Below are positions 56,784 to 64,000 of a stretch of 64,000 bases of DNA, piece by piece. The stretch comes from the human T2T-CHM13v2.0 reference genome, Homo sapiens. The stretch lies in the NCBI RefSeq assembly GCF_009914755.1, contig NC_060934.1; one strand, written 5' to 3'. Numbering within the stretch: the stretch's first letter is position 1; each line of letters starts with the position of its first letter. The position numbers and the translations under genes are program-made. The notes beneath the pieces are model-generated. The model saw only the letters and a program-made list of their open reading frames with translations, searched no databases and was not told the origin of the DNA.

Positions 56784-57184
56784 GAGAGGCTGCATGCTCA
56801 GTTGTATGTGACACAGTCCACATTATGAGGAGTCACGGCGAAAGAGTGAAGAAAGTAGGACAGCTGACCAGTCCTGGGGTGTCTGGCTAACAAAGTGCTG
56901 AATACTCAATCGGGATATCACACAGCTCACATCTCCTTCAACTCAGTTTCTCCTCCTGGAGCAGGGAAATCTGGGAGCCATGCCAGCCTCCTTCCTCTCA
57001 TGCCCCTCCACATTCAGTCACATAGTCTTGTATCAAATTCTTCCTCCTCTCAATCACAACTCATTTTCATTTTTATTGACAATGCTTTAGTTTAGATTCT
57101 CTTCATTTCTCAGCTAGAATTCTTGAAGAATAACATCCCACCTGGCCTTTTTGCCTTTAGGTTGACCTCCCTGATACACAACTA

Positions 57185-57598
57185 TCATGGGCTAAACTGT
57201 GTATTCCCCTCCCTTCTGTGAAAATTTAGATGTTGATGTCCTAAACTCCTTCTTCCTCAGAATATAACTATTTGGAATAGGGACTTTAAAGATGTAATTA
57301 AGTTTACATGAGGTCAATAGTAGTCCCGGCTACTCAGGAGGTGACTCTAATCCTAGTGGACTCTAATCCAATAGGATTGGTGTCCTTGTAATAAGAGGAG
57401 TTTGTGACACAGACACACACAGATAAAAGACAATGTGAACACAGAGGGAGAAGATGGCCATCTACAAGCCAAGGAGAAACCAGCCCTGCTGCCACCTTCA
57501 TCTTGGACTTCCAGCCTCCAGACTATGAGAAAATAAATTTCTGTTGTTTAAGCCACCTTCCGTATGGCAATTTGTTATGGCAACCCTCAAACAACTAC
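57185..57598 (+). mobile_element. MLT1 (MLT1B-like) LTR
   Basis: gaagatggccatctacaagccaagg...gaaaataaatttctgttgtttaagccacc. Confidence 0.85.
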
Positions 57599-57769
57599 GA
57601 TCATCTTCCATCCTATGACTTTCTTTAAAAAAAAAAAGTGAACACTCTAAACATAAATCTGATTTTTAAAAATAAAGTCATTTTCCTGAATCTACTCATT
57701 CTTGCTCTAAACCCAAATGAGTAACAAAAACTATTGCCTAAGGAAGAGAAGATCTTAGTTGTATTTCCT

Positions 57770-58195
57770 TGCTCTGTCACCTAGGCTGGGAGTGCAGTGG
57801 CATGATCATGGTTCATGGCAGCCTTGACCTCTTGGGCTCAAGTGATCCTCCTGCCTCAGCCTTCTGAGGAATTGGGACTACAGGGATGTGCCAACATGTC
57901 TGACTAAATACTTTTTGTGGAGACAGGGATCACTCTGTCACCCAGGCTAGAGTGCAGTGGCACAATCACAATCATGCTTCACTGAAGCCTCAACCTCCTG
58001 GGTTCAAGTGATCCTCCCGCCTCAGCCTCCCGAGCAGCTAGGACTACAGACATGTGCCACCATGTCTGACTAAGTATTTTTTATAGAGACAGGGTCTTGC
58101 TATGCTGCCCAGGCTCAACTCCTGGCCTCAAGTAATTCTCCCATCTGAGCTTCTCAAAGGACTGGAATTACAGGCATGAGTCACCATACCTGACC
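57770..58195 (-). mobile_element. AluJ with duplicated right arm
   Basis: Two right-arm copies followed by one left arm. Confidence 0.8.
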
Positions 58196-58292
58196 TGTTT
58201 CTTCATCTTAAGGCAGTCAATTAGTAAATTATAAAGTATGCTCAAAGTGTTGGGAGAATGTTACCAAAGAATGTTTCTAAAAGATCAAGTTT

Positions 58293-58558
58293 CACTTTGG
58301 GAGGCTGAGGCGGGCAGATTGCCTGAGGTCAGTAGTTTGAGACCCGCCTGACCAACATGGTGAAACACCGTCTCTACTAAAAATACAAAAATTAGCCGGG
58401 CATGGTGGCACGTGCCTATAATCCCAACTACTCCGGAGGCTGAGGGAAGGAGAATCGCTTGAAACTGGGAGGCAGAGGTTGCAGTGAGCTGAGATCACAC
58501 CACTGCACTGCATTCCAGCCTGGGCAACAGAGCAAGACTCCGTATCAACAACAACAAA
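58293..58558 (+). mobile_element. 5'-truncated AluS
   Basis: Starts at cactttgggagg; TSD aaaaga(t/c)caagttt. Confidence 0.92.
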
Positions 58559-59220
58559 AAAAGACCAAGTTTAACTAGCAATTTAATTCAATCATATTAT
58601 TCACACATTCATTCACTGGGAATGAAAGCCCTCTGTCCAGAGAACAAGTAATCTGAGTTTCATTCATTAGTCAAGAATGTACTTATAGGTAAACACAGGG
58701 CACTGCTGTGAGTCCCAATTTTAAGGCCAAGCTACTGGTGACTTACTATTAAATTTTAGTGTAGTCTACTAAGTTCAAACAAAGACACCATAGGCCTTGG
58801 ATTATCTGTACAGAAAGCCAATTATAACCACTGCTACATTACTTACTACCTCACAAGGAATGGCTGGTTTGACACCATCTGGAAATCTACAGAGAAGTTC
58901 ACAAGTACTAAGAGAAGCCAATAAATCATATCCTCAGACCTTTTTGACATTAATTATTCAACAGAGAATGGATATTGGGGTGAGGGAGAACTACCTGCTA
59001 ACTTAACATTATAAACCCAGATTGAGAGCTAAAGCTGTTCCTTACCCTTTAAGAAATAAATTTGATAATGCAAGCTTTTATTTTGTTTTCTTGTTAGAAC
59101 AATTCATATTTTACATTGGTAAAACCAAACAAATAACAAGCCCTAGAAAACACAGGGGTTTTAAAGCCTGAAACCTGTCAATATTTAGGGTTGCTTCTCC
59201 ACTACTTGGTAGGATCTTAA

Positions 59221-59599
<379 letters not shown>

Positions 59600-59811
59600 T
59601 AAACACTGCTCTTTAGATGTCCATTTATTTGGACTTAAAATATATAGTGCAGGACAACATCAGAGATATTTTCCAGAAAGCAAGTCCCAAAACTCATTCA
59701 AATCAGTCATTCTTTCCACACTTATTTACTATGCAACTACTATGTGTGAACAACTGTGTCAGGCATAGAATATGGACCAAAATCTCACTCCTAACCATAT
59801 GCCAATGATAA

Positions 59812-60047
59812 TATTGAGAATCCCTTATTTGAAATGCTTGGGACCAGAACTGTTTCATATTTCTGAGTTTTTTGGACTTTGGAATATTTGCATTATACTT
59901 ACAGGTGGAGCATCCCAAATCTGAGAATTCAAAATCTGAAAGGTGACAATGAGCACTTACTTTGAGTGTCATGCTGACATTCCAAAGTTTCAGATTTTGA
60001 AGCATGCTGGATTTCGAGTTTGTGGATTAGGGACGCTCAACGTGTAT
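59812..60047. mobile_element. Tigger-derived MITE (MER46/Tigger4a-like)
   Basis: ttgagaatccctta...aaatgcttgggaccagaa...ttagggacgctcaa inverted ends. Confidence 0.75.
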
Positions 60048-60572
60048 TACCACTGAACTCCTCTGAAAAAGTGTTTTGGTGAGAAATGTCCAAACTAGGG
60101 AAGAGCTTAAGAATGACATAAAAGAAGCACATACATAAAGTATATCAAGGTAGAAGTGTGACACCACTCTGCCCTGTAGTCAGAATGGCATCTTGGTTCT
60201 GAATGAGAAGTAAAGTTTGCCAAGCATCAATGTAAAGAAGTGGAATTAGACATACCAAGGAGAAAAAAGTTCCAGTTCAAGCCCAAACTAAGCTTCAATG
60301 CCCAAGTAATAAAAACCCTGGCAAATTATTTACAGCTCTTTAACACATTCAGTCACTGCTTACTGGATACCACCATCTTGTGACCCCAGGAGAGATGGAA
60401 GCCTCGCTGCATCTTCCTTCCTTCCTCAGAGAAGGTACTAAGAGATGCCACACACTACCCTGGCTTTCATCTCCACATCTCTCTGGTGGGCTCTTTTCAT
60501 CTACATTCAACATGAGAGCTCCTCAGAACACAGCCTCATGCCCTCTAGATTTCATTTGTTTTCTCCTTTAGC

Positions 60573-60725
60573 CAGTGCTTTTCCAACTCTGGACACCTAA
60601 TCATTTAGGGATCTTGCTAAAATGTAGATTGTGGTTTGTTAGGTCTAGGGGGGACTCAGATTTCTGCATTTCCAAAAAGCTCCCAGGTGACTCCCATGCT
60701 GCTGTCCCCAGACCACAGTTTGAGG
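60573..60725. mobile_element. MER5A-like hAT MITE
   Basis: cagtgcttttccaact...tctgcattt...aagctcccaggtga...accacagtttgag. Confidence 0.75.
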
Positions 60726-60789
60726 TGCAAGTTTTCATTCCAAATCTTGAACCAGAAAAATCAATAAAGTCTATGAGTTTTGTTTGTTT

Positions 60790-60948
60790 GTTTTTAAGAC
60801 AGGGTTTTGCCATGTTGTCCAGGCTGGAGGACAGTAGCTATTCACGAGTACCATCATGTCATACTACAGTCTCTAATTCCTGGGCTCAAGTGATCCTCCC
60901 ACCTCAACCTCCCAAGTAGCTGAGATTACAGGCATACTACTGCACCCA
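60790..60948 (-). mobile_element. Alu monomer (FLAM/FRAM-like)
   Basis: agacagggttttgccatgttgtccaggctgg...gggctcaagtgatcctcccacctca. Confidence 0.8.
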
Positions 60949-61841
60949 ATTTATGACTCATGTTTTAAAAAGCAAATCATGACCATTTTAAAAGTAAATT
61001 CCTATGTAAAAGATGGCTGTGAGCCCACAATTGAGTTAATACAAATCAATCAATCAGGAAACACAATGGTACAGATTGGGAAAGACTGAGTCTGAGGGTG
61101 TGAGAAAACAAAGTTTTCTTAATGTGAGAAGCTACCAGATCACAAAGATAAAGAGAAGCTCTGCTGAAGAATAAGGCACATTTTACAATTTAATCAGTGC
61201 TGTCAATGATGTTTTTCACAAGTCCACATGTGGCTCCCAACAGAATGTACTTGTGGGTAGAGCCAAGGCATAAAACTCACATAGACCAAATACACCCTGG
61301 AAAGTAGAAACCAATAATTATCAAGAAGACAACGAGGTGAGATGCCTAAGCGAGTTTTTGGGATTCTGTATGAAAGAGTCAAACAATAGGACTTCATCAT
61401 GTGGGGTTTTCCTGAAACTCTGACCAGGACTGGTCCTTAAAAAAAAAGACAAAATATGTGGGCAATGAACACCGCTAACTACATACTCAATACCTATCTC
61501 CCTTTGTCCCCACCAAAAGAACCCTGACTTTGTCCTGAGCAGCAACAAACCCAGCTAAAAGTTCTCACTTTTCCACACTACTTTGCAGTTAAGGAAAACT
61601 ATTAAATATATAAAAAGTTCTTTTGAAAGAAATTAACTAAAGATTTCCTGGGAAAACATTTTGCTTTCCTGATATTGCCATTGCCCATTTCTCTGGAATT
61701 CCTCCTCCCTCATCCAGCCTGGAATATAGACGTAATACCACGAAGTAAAGCAGTTCACTTTGGGACTATGAAGAAGATAGTTACTAGAAGTCTGAAACTT
61801 TTTGGTCTCAGGACCCCTTTATCCTGTAAAAAATGATTAAG

Positions 61842-62149
<308 letters not shown>

Positions 62150-62744
62150 TTAAGGACTCCCAAAACCTTTGGATTATGTAGGGTTTTATCTATGGGTATT
62201 TGCAATATTAGACATTAAAACTGACAGCGTAAAAACTATATCTCTTAATTCATTTAGCATTAGTAATAAACCCAGTTAACATAAATAACATTTCAATGAA
62301 GTTTAACTATTTTCTCAAAAAAAAAAAAATTAGTGAGCAGAGTGGCACTCCTGTACATTTTTATAAATCTCATTGTTTAATAGAAGACAGCTAGATTCCT
62401 GCATCTGTTTATGTATTAAATCTCTTCTGATCTGATGCTTTTGTGAGGACCCATTCAAAACTCAGAGTTGACATAATCATGATTTTAAGCTGAAGACATC
62501 TGATATTCAATGAATGCAGGAAGAAGCCCTCTCCATACTTCCCTTATATGATTAAAAGCAGAAACTGTGACAAATGAGGCTGCCATAAATTCCCTCTTCA
62601 ACGGTTTACTCCCAGGAAGGAGATCAAGAGTAAACGTACCATAATTCCCCTGTCTAGGAGGAGTTTTATGGCCATGAAGAAGAGGAAAAGACACTCCCAT
62701 CTACACAAACATTATCACAAGCTTTCTTATCTCTTAATTTGTTA

Positions 62745-62910
62745 GGAGGGGAGGGGAGGGGAGGGGAGGGGATGCTAGGGGAGGGGAGGGAGACAGGCAG
62801 GAAGGTGGGGAGGGGAGAAAGGAAAGGAAGAAAAGAGAAAAGAGAAAAAAGAAAAGAGAAGAAGAGAAGAGAGAAAAGAAAAGAAAAGAAAGGAGAAAGG
62901 AAAAGAAAAA
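62745..62910 (+). repeat. Polypurine low-complexity tract: (GGGGA)n then GA-rich
   Basis: Direct reading. Confidence 0.9.
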
Positions 62911-62974
62911 CTAAAAGCAGCAGGAAATAAATGACTCATCATATTCTCCATGGTACATGGGAACCACAAAAAGA

Positions 62975-64000
62975 TTAACAGCTGACTTATCCTCAGAAAC
63001 CAGGGAGGCCAGAGACAGTGGAAGGACATAAAGAACTCAAAGAAAAAAAATGTGAACCAAGATAATTATATTCAGCAAAACTATCTTCAAAAATGAAGAT
63101 GAAAAATACATTCATAGATAAACAGAAACTCAGAGAATTCATTGCAAGTGGATGCACCTGAAAAGAAATACTAAAGGAAGTTCTTTGAGTTGAAAGCATG
63201 TACTGCCAAACAGTAGTCAAAAGTAACTGTGTAACTATAAGACAATATAAATGCATATATATTTTGCATATATATTTTCCTTTCTTAAATAATTTAAAAA
63301 GGAATTATATAAAAACTATGTTTATAATTGTATTGTTAAACCTATAACATAAAGAAATGTAATGTATTTAATAGTAATACAAGATAAGTGGGTACAAAGT
63401 TGTCATCATTATACTAATATCAGACGAAACAGAATTCAGAAAATTTTACCAGAGATAAAGAGGGACTTCTACTATGAAAGGTTGGCATAAGGAAATGATA
63501 TCACATGGAAACTCTACACTGAAACAAATGAAGATAATAAGGAGTGCTAACTTTAAAATAACAAACTGTATAAACATATAATGCTCTCCTTTCCTTTATG
63601 TCTTTAAAAGACAGTTAAATAAACTAATAACTGCTACAATGTATTGTTGGGTTTGTAACATAAATAGATATGTATAAACAATAATTAGTAAAGAAATAGA
63701 GGTACATAGGAGGAATCATTCTATGTCTTACAGGAATTAAATCAATATGAATCTGAAGAAGATTCTGTTAGAAAAAAATATATATATATAGTAAACCCTC
63801 AACCATTAAGAAAATAATTTTTTAAATAGCATTAGAAATCTTTTTTAAAAATCATTTAAGGAATTAAAATATTACAATACAAAATAATGCAAAAGAAAGC
63901 AATAAAGGAAGAACACAGGAACAAAAATGGCAAGACACATAGAAAACAAAAAGTAAAATGGCAAACAAGCAAACCATATCATTAATAGCATGAACTGCAA
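62975..64000 (+). mobile_element. Old L1 ORF1-end/inter-ORF fragment
   Basis: cagctgacttatcctcagaaac...gaggccagagacagtgg...cagcaaaactatcttcaaaaatgaag. Confidence 0.7.

Overview
Human genomic DNA, recognisable as the chr10q11.21 ALOX5/MARCHF8 locus; no prokaryotic-type features. The + strand carries the 3' half of ALOX5 (arachidonate 5-lipoxygenase): the end of intron 7, coding exons 8-14, the 3' UTR and the polyA signal at 13086. Convergently on the - strand lies most of MARCHF8 (RING-CH E3 ligase). It shows five constitutive coding exons, including a 51-nt exon at 56370-56420 missed by the ORF track, an 846-nt in-frame cassette exon and a ~3.6 kb 3' UTR; its ATG exon is beyond the right edge. 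All exon boundaries were checked for AG/GT and phase. The rest is mostly transposon-derived: Alus, L1s (one near-full-length, carrying a complete THE1 provirus), solo LTRs, MIR/L2 and DNA transposon relics. Main leads: (1) a regulatory cluster in ALOX5 intron 7 (tandem p53 half-site array, LTR10-type p53 site, kB-GAS-kB module in a solo LTR); (2) the MARCHF8 cassette exon re-supplies the first RING-CH cysteine and carries a DDVF (RSK-docking-type) motif; (3) double retention of ALOX5 introns 11+12 is in frame and stop-free; (4) the haplotype appears to carry non-reference MARCHF8 missense alleles. No wholly new gene system is demonstrable from sequence alone. Repeat family names and many repeat boundaries are by eye and approximate.
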